NCBI GenBank assembly: GCA_038087875.1 | Contig: JAXLNO010000174.1 | Coordinates: 1-64,000, forward strand | DNA: 64,000 nucleotides | Origin: Malacoraja senta | Taxonomy: Eukaryota | Direction of reading: 5' to 3' | Shown: positions 11,686 through 23,639 of the stretch, piece by piece | Layout: every line of letters starts with the position of its first letter | Position numbering within the stretch: the first letter of the stretch is position 1 | Made by a program: the position numbers and the translations under genes | Notes under the pieces: model-generated | Seen by the model: only the letters and a program-made list of their open reading frames with translations | Told to the model about the DNA's origin: nothing | Database searches by the model: none

Positions 11686-13590
11686 CTTTCTTCTTCTTTT
11701 TGCGAATTAAACATAAATAAACCAAAGGAAGACTTAGATCTTAAGAAAGGTGTTGGGCAACAGGTTGTTGTCTCTGCGTCAATGTCTGCCAGGCCTGAGC
11801 TCCATTTGGTGGGTGGAAGAGCAGGCAGTCAAAGACAACGTGGTTGACTGTCTGTTGTTCTGCTCCGCATTCACAGGCTGGGCTCTGCCGGAACCCCCAT
11901 CTCCACATGCTTGCATTATAACGCCAAACTCTATTACGAAGTCTGTTGAGCTTCACCGATACTCCTCTGGGGCGGTCGGACCCTAGATAGCTTATATCTG
12001 GTGATGTGATGTGGCTGTGAATTGAGATGAAATTGTCTTCCACTCCTGTGACCATTTGGTGGCTATTCAGTGTGCCTTTGTCTCAGTTGGCTGCATGGAT
12101 GCTAGGAGTTGTTTTTCATGTGGAGAAAATGGGTGACGGGATTTCAGCCGACGTGGCCTCTGCTCTCTTCTGATAGCCTGATGGATGAGGTGATATTGGT
12201 CCGTGGTGCGACCAGATAGTGCCAGAGTTGCAGCTTGTCTTCGGATCCATGCTGGCAGAATACCTGGAAGTATAGGGAGCTGCTCGAATGGGGTAGGTTG
12301 AAGGCACCCAGTGATTGTGCGCAAGGTGTTTTTCAGCCTCGCGTCTACCAGGTTGGTATGTAGGCTTCTACTCCATACGGGTTCGCAGTACTCAGCGGGA
12401 ACATTCACAAGAACTAAGGCAGAGATGCGAAGGGTGATGGATTGGCTCCTGAAGTTGTTCCCGCCAGGCATCGGATGAGGCCGCTTCGTGCCAAGACCTT
12501 GTCGCCGAGCCCATCCAGGTTTTGACGAAATTTAAGCGACCTGTCCAGATTTACGCAGAGGTAAGTGCGTGTTGTTGGCAGTCCAAGCCCCTATTGTTAA
12601 CAAAGACAGCTAGCTCTCGCTTAGTTTCCTTGCTGTTTACATGAAATGCTGTTGACCCTGTTTTTTCTTCGCTCAGCTTTAGACGCCACTGTCGTAGGTA
12701 TTCCGCGAAAGTCCCCATGTGTTGACAAGAAGCTTTCGATTGCCTTCCACTCTATGTGTCTCATCAGGATGGCTAGGTCGTCAGCATACCGATATTTCCC
12801 AGCGATTGTCTCTGGGAGGTCATGGATGTACATGTTGAAAAGCAGCGGAGCCAAGATGGATCCCTGTGGGACGCCATTCATCAGTCTACATAGCCTATTC
12901 TGCTGCCCATCACTGGTAAGCACAAAGCTGCGGTTTGATATCAGCTCCATGATGTAACGTATCATACGCAAGCCAAGTAGCTTTGCAGTTACGGTGCCAC
13001 ACGCTGTCAGATGTATAAAAACAGTTCATGCCTTCTCATTTGCCTCAAAGCAGACCTCGATGTCTTGGGTGAGGAATGTTACCTGGTCCGCAGCAGATCG
13101 ACCTTGGCGGAAACCTGCTTGTTCGCGGGGTAGTTGAGGGTCTATGATGGTGTGGGTACGCCCGTGGATCAGCCTCTCAAGGTGTTTGTATGGGATGCAG
13201 AGGAGCGAGATGTGCCGGTAGCTTTAAGGATCATCCTTTGGCTTGTTCGGTTTCGGGAGAGCAATGACTGTTGCACGACACCAGATCCTTGGGATTTTGC
13301 ACTTCACCATGGTGGTCGACAGGTACTCTCCGATCCAGTTGGTAGCAGTGTCTCCAGAATGCATTAGAAACTACCGGTGAATGTTGTCAGGTCCGGCGGC
13401 CTTTACTGCTTTCAACATCTTGAGTTTTGTAGCCATTTCCTCGGAGGTGACAGCCATTTCCTCGGAGGTCCGTATCCACTCTGTCAGTTTTCCATGACTC
13501 GGCCACCTCTTTGCTCACTTCGCGCGATAAATCACGGTCAGAGTTTGTGAATCGTCCATTATTGACTAGTTGAGATGCGATTGCGTTGGC
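11686..13590 (-). mobile_element. Vingi/Ingi-like (I-group) LINE, 5'-truncated, degraded
   Basis: RT NGVPQGSILAPLLFNMYIHDLP...YADDLAI; post-RT TLRISALVLVNVPAEYCEPVWSRS; C-terminal CECGAEQQTVNHVVFDC zinc knuckle; CGCAAAAA(GAA)n tail. Sits inside a Penelope-like 3' fragment. Confidence 0.75.
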
Positions 13591-13691
13591 GTACTTATGC
13601 AGTGCTGGTTTTCCAATTTGCGCCTGCCGTCACGCTGACTGTGGAGGAGGCCGAGAACACAAAGTTCAGGGTACGATTAGGAGCGGATGTT

Positions 13692-14312
13692 AACATAGAA
13701 ACAGAAACATAGAAAATAGGTGCAGGAATAGGCCATTCGGCCCTTCGAGCCTGCACCGCCATTCAATATGATCATGGCTGATCATCCAACTCAGTATCCT
13801 GTACCTGCCTTCTCTCCATACCTTTAGCCACAAGGGCTACATCTAATTCGCTCTTAAATATAGTCAATGAACTGGCCTCAACTACCTTTTGTGGCAGAGA
13901 GTTCCAGAGATTCACCACTCTCTGTGTGAAACATGTTTTTCTCATCTCGGTCATAATGGATTTCCCCTTTATCCTTAAACTGTGACCCCTTGTCATGGAC
14001 TTCCCCAACATCGGGAACAATCTTCCTGCATCTAGCCTGTCCAACCGCTTAAGAATCTTGTAAGTTCCTATAAGACCCCCCCTCAATCTTCTAAATTCTA
14101 CGAGTACAAGCCGAGTCTATCCAGTATTTCTTCATATGAATGCCTTGACGTCCCAGGAATGGGTCTGGTGAACCTTCCCTGTACTCCCTCTATGGCATTA
14201 ATGTCTTTGCTCAGATTTGGAGACCAAAACTGTATGCAATACTCCATTTGTGGTCTCACCAAGACCATGTACAACTGGAGTAGAACCTCCCTGCACCTAT
14301 ACTCAAATCCTT
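13692..14312 (-). mobile_element. CR1 LINE 3' fragment
   Basis: LVRPQMEYCIQFWSP and FTQRVVNLWNSLP motifs; (TTTCTATG)n tail. Confidence 0.9.
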
Positions 14313-14314
14313 TT

Positions 14315-15060
14315 AAAGTGTTTACCAACCGGAAGATCAAGTAGGTTTAGGCGTACTGAGCGGAGGCGTTCAATGAAAAGATCGCCGAGCGTCCACTTGG
14401 TCTCACCGAAAAACAGGGGCCCTCACCTGGAACAGCGGATAGAGTAGATCAGGTTGGAGGAGGTACATTTTATTTGAACCTCCACCTCATCTGAAAATAA
14501 TGTCGGGGTACGTGTCTGTCTGGCTGTCCCCCTGATTAAATGTAATCTCTGTATTACTTCGTTGTCACCATCTCCTAGCTAACACGGGTGTATTCTAGAT
14601 GTTCCCAATTCATTCCCTTTGATGTCTCGTTTGTATTCCTTACACGTTCTTAACATTATGTCACCCTCCCACTTGACTATCAATCTGAAGAAAGGTCTCG
14701 GCCCGAAAATTCACCTGCTCCTTCTATCCAGCAATGCGGCCTGTCCCGCTGAGTTACTCCACATTTCTATCTCTATCTTCACTGTACATCTGCATGTGCA
14801 GTGCCTTCCTAAACAATAAAGGAAATGACATGCCTTTCGGCCTTATCACTGGATAAAACCAATATACGAGAGAAAGGAAAAGAGGGAATCTTGAGTAATA
14901 AACTAAATGTTAGAGGAATGCAACGGATCAGGCAGCATCTGTGGAATGAAATGGATGGACAACCCTTCGGAACGAAGAAGGATCCGGATGCAAAATCTCG
15001 TGTATTTTGTCTTTCTGATTATGCTGCATGAATAGTTGTTCCTCTAGCCCTAGGTGTTTC
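14315..15060. mobile_element. Penelope-like fragments in both orientations, with a degenerate hammerhead-type motif
   Basis: Endonuclease-region remnant on minus (14315-14510); plus-strand terminal repeat with ctgaagaaaggtctcggcccgaaa (14685-14708) followed by cctgtcccgctgagttactcc. Confidence 0.6.
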
Positions 15061-15293
15061 TGTGAAGTGAAGCCGTCGTAAGTGTTTGTGCTGAAAATTC
15101 TCTATCCCAACTGCCGGCCGTTTAAAGCAAAATCTATTATAATCCGTATTCACACATGCGCTCCTCGAGGCACAGAGTTACAGAGAACAGGCTTCTGGAT
15201 CCAGCTCGTCCGTGCCGACCAATATAACCTCTATACCCCAACCCCATTAGTCTGCCTATCACCAATATCCCACTAAACAAGATATATTGTAGG

Positions 15294-16945
15294 GTTCAAG
15301 TTCAAGTTAAAGTGAGTATACTGTCATGTGTCCCTGATGGTACAATGAAGTTATTGCTTTGCTTCAGCACAACAGAACCTAGTAGGCATTTACTACAAGG
15401 CATTCTATAAATATATACACACATGAATCTATATACGGATAAAGTGCAACTAACAGTTAATTGGCTAATAACGTTCAGTGTTTTGTCCGAGCCAGGTTTA
15501 ATAGCCTGATGGCTGTGGGGAAGTAGCTAATCCTGAAACTGGTCGTTGCAGTCTTCAGGCTCCTGTACCTTTTACCTGAAGGTAGTAGGGAGATGAGTGT
15601 GTGGCCAGGATGGTGTGGGTCCTTCATGATGCTGCCAGCCTTTTTGATGCAGCGACTGTGATAGATCCCCTCGATGGAAGGGAGGTCAGAGCCGATGATG
15701 GACTGGGCAGTGTTTACTATTTCTGTAGTCTTTTCCTCTCCAGGGCGCTCAAGTAGACGAACCAAGCAACGATGCAACCGGTGAGCATGCTCTCTACTGT
15801 GCATCTGTACAAGTTAGAGGGAGTCCTCCTTGCAAACCGACTCTCGGTAATCTTCCCAGGAACTAGAGGCGCTGATGTGCTTTCTTAATAATGGCATCTG
15901 TTTTCTCGGACCGGTAAAGATCTTCAAAGATGTGCAGGCCCAGGAATTTGAAGCTCTTGACCCTTTTAACTATCGACCCGTTGATATAAACGGTACTGTG
16001 GGTCCCCATCCTACTCATTCCAAAGTCCACAATCAGTTCTTTCGTTTTGCTGGTGTTGAGGGCCAGGTTATTGTGCTGGCACCATATGGACAGTTGCTCG
16101 ATCTCTCTTCTATACTCTGACTCATCCCCATCAGTGATAGTCCCACAACGGTGGTGTCGTCAGCGAACTTGATGATGGAGTTCGCACTATGTCCGGCTAT
16201 GCAGTAATGAGTATAGAGTGAATACAGCAGGAGGCTGAGCACGCAGCCTTGAGGTGCTCCCGTGCTGATTGTTATCGAGTCTGACACATTTCCACCAATA
16301 CGAACAGACTGTGGTCTGAGGGTGAGGAAGTCGAGGATCCAATTGTAGAGGGATGCGCAGAAACCCAGTTCTACGAATTTCGTAACCAGCTTGGAGGGTA
16401 TGATTGTATTAAATGCCGAGCTGTAATCCATGAATAACAGCCTGACATATGAGTTTTTGTTGTCCAAGTGGTCCAGAGCGGAGTGGTGGGCCAGCGAGAT
16501 CGCATCCACCGTTGTTCTGCTGTGGCGGTAAGCGAACTGCAGTGGGTCCAGGTTTTTGTCGAGGTAGGTGTTGATCTGCGCCATGATCAACCTCTCAAAG
16601 CACTTCATCACCACAGGCGTTAGTGCCACAGGTCGATAGTCATTGAGGCACATCACCTTACTCTTCTTGGGCACTGGTATAATTCATGCCATTTTGAAGC
16701 AGGTGGGAACCTTAGGCCTCAGAAGTGAGAGGTTGAAAATGTCCGTAAAAACTGCAGCCAGTTGGTCCGCACATGTTTTTGGAACACGACCAGGTATACC
16801 ATCAGGTCCAGGCGCTTTTCGAGGGTTCACATTTCTGAAGGATTTCCTGACATCGGCCTCAATGACTGAGACTGAAATACCAACACAGCGAATGGGGGCT
16901 CGGGAAGGCACATCGGTGTTTTCCCTATCAAAGCGTGCGTAAAAC
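15294..16945 (-). mobile_element. Rex1/Babar-type LINE, 5'-truncated
   Basis: [63 protein letters not shown]; (CTTGAA)n tail. Confidence 0.85.
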
Positions 16946-17326
16946 GGGTAGGGTGTAGGGTGTAATTGCAGCAGGAGTTAAAACTGGCATGTAACAAAGG
17001 TAATGCCACTGTGGTGATGGGGGATTTCAATATGCAGGTAGACTGGGAAAATCAGGTTGGTTCAGGACCCCAAGAAAGGGAGTTTGTAGAATGCCGCCGA
17101 GATGAATTCTTAGAGCAGCTTGTAATGGAGCCGACCATAGAAAAGGCAATTATGGATTTAGTGTTGTCCAATGAACCAGATATGATAAGATAACTCCAGG
17201 TACAGGAACCGCTTGGAGGTAGTGATCAAAATATGATTAGTTTTAATCTGCAATTTGAGAAGGAGAAAGTTAAATCGGAAATGTCAGTGATGCAGTTGTA
17301 TAAAGGGCACTATGAAGGCATGAAGG

Positions 17327-17697
17327 CATCCCTTGAATCACTTTATCACAAACGGTCACTGCACAGAGCCCGCAAGATCATCTCTGATCCTACCCACCCT
17401 GCACACTATGCCTTTCAGTTACTGCCCTCTGGGAGGCGTTACAGGTCAATTGCCTCCAAAACAAGCCGCCTCAAAAACAGTTTCATTCCCACTGCAATTA
17501 ACATTTTAAACTCTGTACGGTGAGGATTAAGAATAAGCATGGCACTTATGTATCATGTAATGTGTCTGTCTGTATGTACATCTATGTTATAAGTTTAATG
17601 TTGATGAAATGTTGGAACCTGTACCGAGCTGTACAGATAACAATTTCCACCATCCTGGCTGTGTGGTCATTAAAATATACAATACAATACAATACAA
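17327..17697 (+). mobile_element. Rex1/Babar-type 3' fragment nested in CR1
   Basis: IISDPTHPAHYAFQLLPSGRRYRSI...LKNSFIPTAI; (AATAC)n tail. Confidence 0.8.
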
Positions 17698-18217
17698 TGA
17701 TAGTGCAGCTGGCCAATGTAGACTGGAAATATATCCTAGCAGGAATAACGGTGGAACAGCAATGGCAAGAATTTCTGGGCATAATCCGGAAGACGCAGGA
17801 TCATTTCATTCCAAAAAGGAAGAAATATTCTAAGGGGAGTAGGAGGCAACCGTGACTGAAAAGAGAAGTTAGGCATAGAATAAAACTAAAAGAAAAGATG
17901 TATAACATAGCAAAGAGTAGCCGGAAGCCAGAGGATTGTGACATTTTCATAGGACAACAGAAGGAAACAAAACGGGCAATACGGGCTGAAAAGATGAAGT
18001 ACGAAGGGAAGCTGGCCAGGAGTATAAAGAAGGACAGTAAAAGCCTCTTTAGATATGTTAAGGGAAAAATAGTAGCAAAGTCAATTGTGGGTCCCCTTGA
18101 AGGCAGTCAGTTATTATGGACAACAAGGAAATGGCAGAAGAGTGGAATAGGTACTTCAGATCTGTCTTCACTGAGGAAGACACAAACAATCTCCCAGATG
18201 TACTGGGGGACAGAGGA

Positions 18218-19078
18218 ACTTGGTTGGCGGCGCGACTCACGTTGCAGCGGCCTCTGCAGTCCGTCTGTCTTTTTTATTTTTTTGGTTCGTTTGCGTCTTG
18301 TGTAGTGTTTTTTTTAAAAACTGAGTATGTGTGGGGGGGCGGGGGTGGGGGGGTGGGGGTGGGGAAACTTTTAAAATATTTTCCCTGCACGGGAGACCCG
18401 ACCTTTCTCTGTCGGGTCTCCGTTGTTGTTGGGCCTAGCACCGTGGAGCGGCCTCCAACCGGAACGATCTGGGGCTCCAGTCGCGGAGCCTGCGGACTAC
18501 TCGCCATCGTGGAGCTGGCCGAGTTCGGAGCGGGAGGAGCTGTTGTGGCGCGCTGCTGCTACCAGACCCCGGAGATTCGGAGGCTTTAGCCGCAGGTCTG
18601 GTGGATGGAAACATCGGGAGCTCGCGGGTCCATGGTGGGAGACCGCATGGTGGGAGACCGCTTTTTGGGGGAATCTCAACGGCAGCTACTCCCGCCCGAG
18701 TTGCGGGGTTGGGGATGACCTGGAGCGGGGTCTGGCATCGCCCGGCGCGGCACTGGTGGTCGTGGGACGTGCTGGCGCTACCGGGGGCTACAACATCAAG
18801 ACCCGGAGCGTGGCCTTGCATCGCCCGGCGCGGTTTTAATGGCCGCGGGACATATCTACAATCGCCCGCCGGGGGCTTTGACTTTGACATCGGGAGGAGA
18901 ATGTGGAGTGCATGGGGAGAGAGATAAGACGTTGCCTTCCATCACAGTGAGGAGGAGATTCACTGTGATGGATGTTTGTGTAAATTGTGTTGTGTCTTGG
19001 TTCTCTTTACTTGTCTGTATGACTGCAGAAACAGAATTTCGTTTGAACTTAGGTTCAAATGACAACAAATAAATATCT
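18218..19078 (+). mobile_element. Unclassified GC-rich non-coding retroposon-like insertion
   Basis: Cleanly interrupts CR1 (gacagagga | tctaagggg; compare 47665-47682). 3' hairpin tttgaac-ttag-gttcaaa followed by tgacaacaaataaa. Architecture shared with 35680-36495. Confidence 0.65.
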
Positions 19079-21213
19079 GTCTAAGGGGTTAGAGGAACTG
19101 AAATACATTTTCATTCGGCGAGAAATAGTATTGGGTAGCTAAATGGGACTGAAGGATGATAAATCCCCTGGACCTGATAGTCTGCATCAAAGGGTCATCA
19201 GGGAGGTGGCTCCAGAATAGTGGACGCATTGGTGATCATTATCCAATGTTCAATAGATTCAGGATCAGTTCCTGTGGATTGGAGGATTGCTAATAGGGAA
19301 TTAAAGAAAAGTTAGCATGACTTCGGTGGTGGGAAAGATGCTGGAGTCAATTATCAAAGATGTAATGATGGGGCATTTGGATAGCAGTAAACGGATTAGT
19401 CCAAGTCAACATCGATTTATGAAAGAGAAATCATGCTTGACTAATCATCTGGAATTTTTTGAGGATGTGACAAATAAAATGGATGAAGGGGTGACATTCG
19501 ATGGAGTATATCTAGACTTTCAGTAAGCCTTTGATAAGGTCCCGCAAGGGAGAATGGTGACTAAAATTAGAGCACATGGTATTGGGGGTAGGGTGTTGAC
19601 AAGGGTAGACAATTGGTTGGCAGACCGGAAGCAAAGAGTATGAGCGAACGGGTCCTTTTCAGAATGGTAGGCAGTGGCGTGTGGAGTGCCGCAAGGCTCG
19701 GTGTTGGGGCCGCAACTTTATACCATATATATTACTGATTTTGAAGAGGGAATTAGAAGAAACACTAGCAAGTTTGCGGATGACACAAAGCTGGGTGGCA
19801 GTGTGAACTGTGAAGATAATGTTACGAGGTTTCAGGGTGACCTGGACAGGTAGAGTGAGTGGGGGGATGCGTGGCAGATGCAGTATAATATAGATAAATG
19901 TGAGGTTATCCACTTTGGCGGCAAAAACAAGGGGGCAGATTATTATCTCAATGGGGTTAGGTTAGGTAAGGGGGTGGTGCAGCGAGACCTGGGCGTCCTT
20001 GTTCACCGGGCAATGAAAGTTGGCTTACAGGTACAGCAGGCAGTGAATAAAGCTAATGGAATGTTGGCCTTCATAACAAGAGGATTTCAGTATAGGTGTA
20101 AAGAGGTTCGTCTGCAGTTGTATATGGCTCTGGTGAGACCACATCTGGAGTATTGTGTAGAGTTTTGGTCTCCTAATTTGAGGAAGGATATCCTTGTGTT
20201 TGAGTCCGTGCAGCGTAGCTTCACGAGATTAATCCCTGGGATGGCGGGATGCCATATGAGGAACGATTGAAAAGACTAGGCTAGTATTCACTAGAGTTTC
20301 GAAGAATGAGGGGGGATCTTATAGAAACATATAAAATTATAAAAGGACTGGACAAGCTAGATACAGGAAACATGTTCCCAATGTTGGGCGAGTCAAGAAC
20401 CAGGGGCCACAGTCTTAGAATAAAGGGGAGGTCATTTAAGACTGAGGTGAGAAAACACTTTTTGACCCAGAGAGTTGTGAATTTATGGAATTCCCTGCCA
20501 CAGAGGGCAGTGGAAGCCAAGACTGGATGGATTTAAGAGAGAGTTAGATAGAGCTCTAGGGGCTATTGGAGTCAATGGATATGGAGAGAAGGCAGGCACG
20601 GGTTATTGATAGGGGACGATCAGCCATGATCACAATGAATGGCGGTGCTGGCTCGAAGGGACGAATGGCCTCTTACTGCACTTTTTTCTATGTTTCTATG
20701 TTTTTATGTTTCTATATCCATGTGCCTGTCCAATTAGATGTTTTAATATTTTTATTGTACCCACCTCATTTACTTATCCTCGCATCTCGGTTCATATACC
20801 TGCCACCACTGTGTGAAAACATTCTCCATTACGCCCCTACTAATTCATTCCTCCTCACATTAACAACATTTTCCTTGCTTTCGATGCGCCTACCCCCAGC
20901 ATTTGCCTTACTTCCCCCCCTGATGATGTTCTACTACTCTATAACATCACCCATACACCTCTATATGATCACCTCTTGCTTTGACATCTTGGACCTGGGT
21001 ATCTATGAATGTTTTTCGCATAGGTGAATTCTACCGTTCCCATCCGTTGGGCAGGCTATTTTTTTTAAGAAGTAGTAAAAAGTCTGGAAATAAGCTGCAA
21101 TCAATGCATTCACGTTTATTTATTGGTACAGTTATTCAGCCAATTGTTGTCCAGCGATGCAAGTAAATGTGCTGAAGAGCGAGAAAACATTCGGGCCGAA
21201 TACATCGTGATTT

Positions 21214-21326
21214 CTAAACTCGCCTGCAGCACGCAATGCGATTAGAGCACCAGATATTTATCTGCACCTCGCGCGGGATAAAACAGCCGAATTTGCACAC
21301 TCCTCCTTCGCGGTTGCATTTAGACG
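21214..21326 (-). CDS. Beta-defensin-like gene A, coding exon 2 (mature peptide)
   Basis: Acceptor ttttaattcatcaacAG; phase-1 reading (S)SKCNREGGVCKFGCFIPREVQINIWCSNRIACCRRV-TAG with C-X6-C-X3-C-X11-C-X5-CC and the G-x-C motif. Overlapping AATAAA signals at 21124-21115. Confidence 0.9.
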
Positions 21327-22148
21327 CTGTTGATGAATTAAAAAATGCAATCATTTGTATCATTGCAATTTCAATCATGCGAGAAAATTAAGATAATATG
21401 AAACATTATTCTGCGGTTTTGGTTAAACTTGCCTTGTTTCGAACTTCTGCATAAGTGAACCCTTCATCCCGTTGCTTTCTCCTTGAGAGTATTGAGTTAA
21501 ACGTGGGATAACATTGAACATGTCTATGCTTTTTCGATAAACTAAACTAACCTGCCTATAATCCAGACATTTTGTCGTCCAGTCATCAGACAATGGGAGA
21601 TTGCCAATAATTGTCGTTTTACATTATGGGACTTGAATATTGGGAATTTAATGAATCTTTTCTAGTTGATAATGTTAAATGCACCACACCAGTCTGGTTC
21701 CTAATTCACAGTTTACCATTCTCCAATGAAGAACGAGTTTCGCTAAAGGTTTGCACAGTGTGTCCCGAACTCATCCTCGTACATGCAATCCGCGAGAGAA
21801 AGCCTGGATTGGGAACCTGACCTTTTGGTCCACGAAACCTGTCGAAAGTAGGGCATATTAGTGTAACTCAGAGATCGACCAGTGTGATGTACGACTGTAC
21901 TAGAGCATCCGTGGATTTTTTCTGGGATTTGGTTCACACTCAAAACCCAAAAGCAGTCTATAGTATACAGATTCGAACATTTTCTATTAATGTCTGCAGA
22001 CGTACTGACAATCCTACCCAGCATAACTCAAGCATTGAAATTAATGAGCCAACCGAAGAGCTGAGCAGGCTTACATCAAAGTTCTGCTAAGGCTGCTACC
22101 GATGGTTTTGCAAAAAAAATAAACACGCACTCCTATGCATTGGCTCAC

Positions 22149-22230
22149 ATTCATTGCTCTTATTTAATCCTCCTGCAGTTCGTTGAGTCAGCAGCATTAT
22201 TCCAAAAATAATTAAAACACAAATTCTCAT
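22149..22230 (-). CDS. Beta-defensin-like gene A, coding exon 1 (signal peptide + short pro-piece)
   Basis: ATG at 22230 gives MRICVLIIFGIMLLTQRTAGGLNKSNE + 1 nt (82 nt, phase 1), then donor GTGAGC at 22148-22143. TATAAAT at 22310-22304. Same length and phase as exon 1 of paralog B. An in-frame upstream ATG at 22239 is possible. Confidence 0.85.
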
Positions 22231-22303
22231 CTTCTGCATTTTCCCTTGTTGGGTTGACAGTGCCGTTAGAGAAGATTGTAAATCCAATCGCATAATGTGC
22301 TGT

Positions 22304-22403
22304 ATTTATAATGAACATGGTTGGGCCGACAGTCTGGTTTGGGTGAGGCGGGGATCTTGTGATAGATTTGCTCCTGAAGGCGGCGGTCAGTCTGAACATT
22401 CCA
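22304..22403 (-). promoter_or_regulatory. Proximal promoter of defensin A: TATA box, GC-box-like element, conserved 18-mer
   Basis: TATAAAT 22310-22304; gggtgaggcgggg near 22341; GTCAGTCTGAACATTCCA at 22386-22403, identical in all paralogs. Confidence 0.65.
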
Positions 22404-23639
22404 CGTCGGCTCCGTTGCAGGTAAGAATTACATGCGCCTGCCACCTGATTTAACAATAATTGTCTGCGTTTTGGCTTCATCCGAAGATTGTAGCGTCAAG
22501 CTGACGCCAAACCACTGGAGACCACGCTTGTCAAACTTTCAGGGAAGTGTTCTTCCCCACTACATTCGTATGTTTGGTTAATCGGCCATTAGTCCTGGTA
22601 GGTTCGGAAATATCAACTTCAGGGTAGTAAAGACTGGAATGGGCAGTATGAAATGAGGTTATAAATCAATATATGTTGGCGTGGGATCGGTGGGTTGAAG
22701 TTATGATGCCGTGCTCTATGACTCGATGTTTGTTGGTGGCGTGGAATCTGTGGGTCGATGATTTGTTTCTGTAATGTATAATTATGATTCTTCGAAGATG
22801 ATGGCGATCTTCTTGACGTTAATCCAACAAAGAGAGGCATAGATGTGGTAGATGTACAGCCTTTTCCTCATAGTATGAGTGTCTAAAACTTGGTGTAACG
22901 TGAGGTGAAATGGTTAAGATATCAGAGATACCTGCGGGTGGGGGGGGCATTTACATATGGTGAGAGGTATACGCAAGAGGCCGTCATATGTAGTAGCAGA
23001 GGCATGTACAATTATTAGATTTAAAAGTGGTTTGTGCCGTTTCATGAACGGGGACGTTGACAGCGATGTGTACCAACGCGAGCCAAATGTTAGCCAACTG
23101 AACTAGCTAAGTTAGACAACTTGATTAGCATGGATGAGTTGATATATAACCCTCGCCATATAACGCTAGCTCTCTGGAATCCCACTCGTTGCTCTTCCTC
23201 CTTTCACATATCCAAAATTCAGAATTCATATCAAAAGTGAACGCACTTTAATTTCTTTCTGAAATGAAATTGGGAAATGGACACATACGCATATTAGAAT
23301 TTCGAAAATTCACAGACCTCAATCGTGCCAAAGTAGGAGTGCGCAAAATACTTAGAGTCATTATATATCATAACAAGTACTTTAATGTGTATACATATAG
23401 AGACAATCTAGATGAGTACCGTAGGCTCCGAGTCGTAAGTTAAAACTAAAACACAACATGGCTGCCCGCATGCACGAGATGGCGGTGGTTTGGGAAACCT
23501 GACATGGATTTGGATCAGGTCATCAGCAGCAAAACCAGACACGGATCATATCAGCAATACTGTTTTGATCTACATCACCCTTCTTGGGCTTTTCCCCAAA
23601 GGGCAAACAAAAACATGCAGGAGTTATATGTGGGTGAGA

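Larger units (their letters stand above)
16950..20712 (+). mobile_element. CR1 LINE ORF2 (degraded) carrying two nested insertions
   Basis: VMGDFN, SCLTNHLEFFE, LVRPHLEYCV, RGDLIETYK fragments; (TTTCTATG)n tail. Interrupted at about 17327-17697 and 18218-19078. Confidence 0.9.

Noticed and set aside
21717..21838. Possible middle exon of the defensin genes (conserved tttcgacAG, VPNPG-like reading; also 26/29-nt micro-exon candidates)
   Set aside because: Paralogs differ by frame-breaking indels, and neither option fits between a phase-1 donor and a phase-1 acceptor. The rest of the intron is similarly conserved, so it is best read as intronic homology.
22160..22480. Paralogous ORFs starting MKPKRRQLLLNQ (also 44138-44380)
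   Set aside because: They overlap the duplicated promoter and TATA region; the similarity is explained by DNA-level paralogy.
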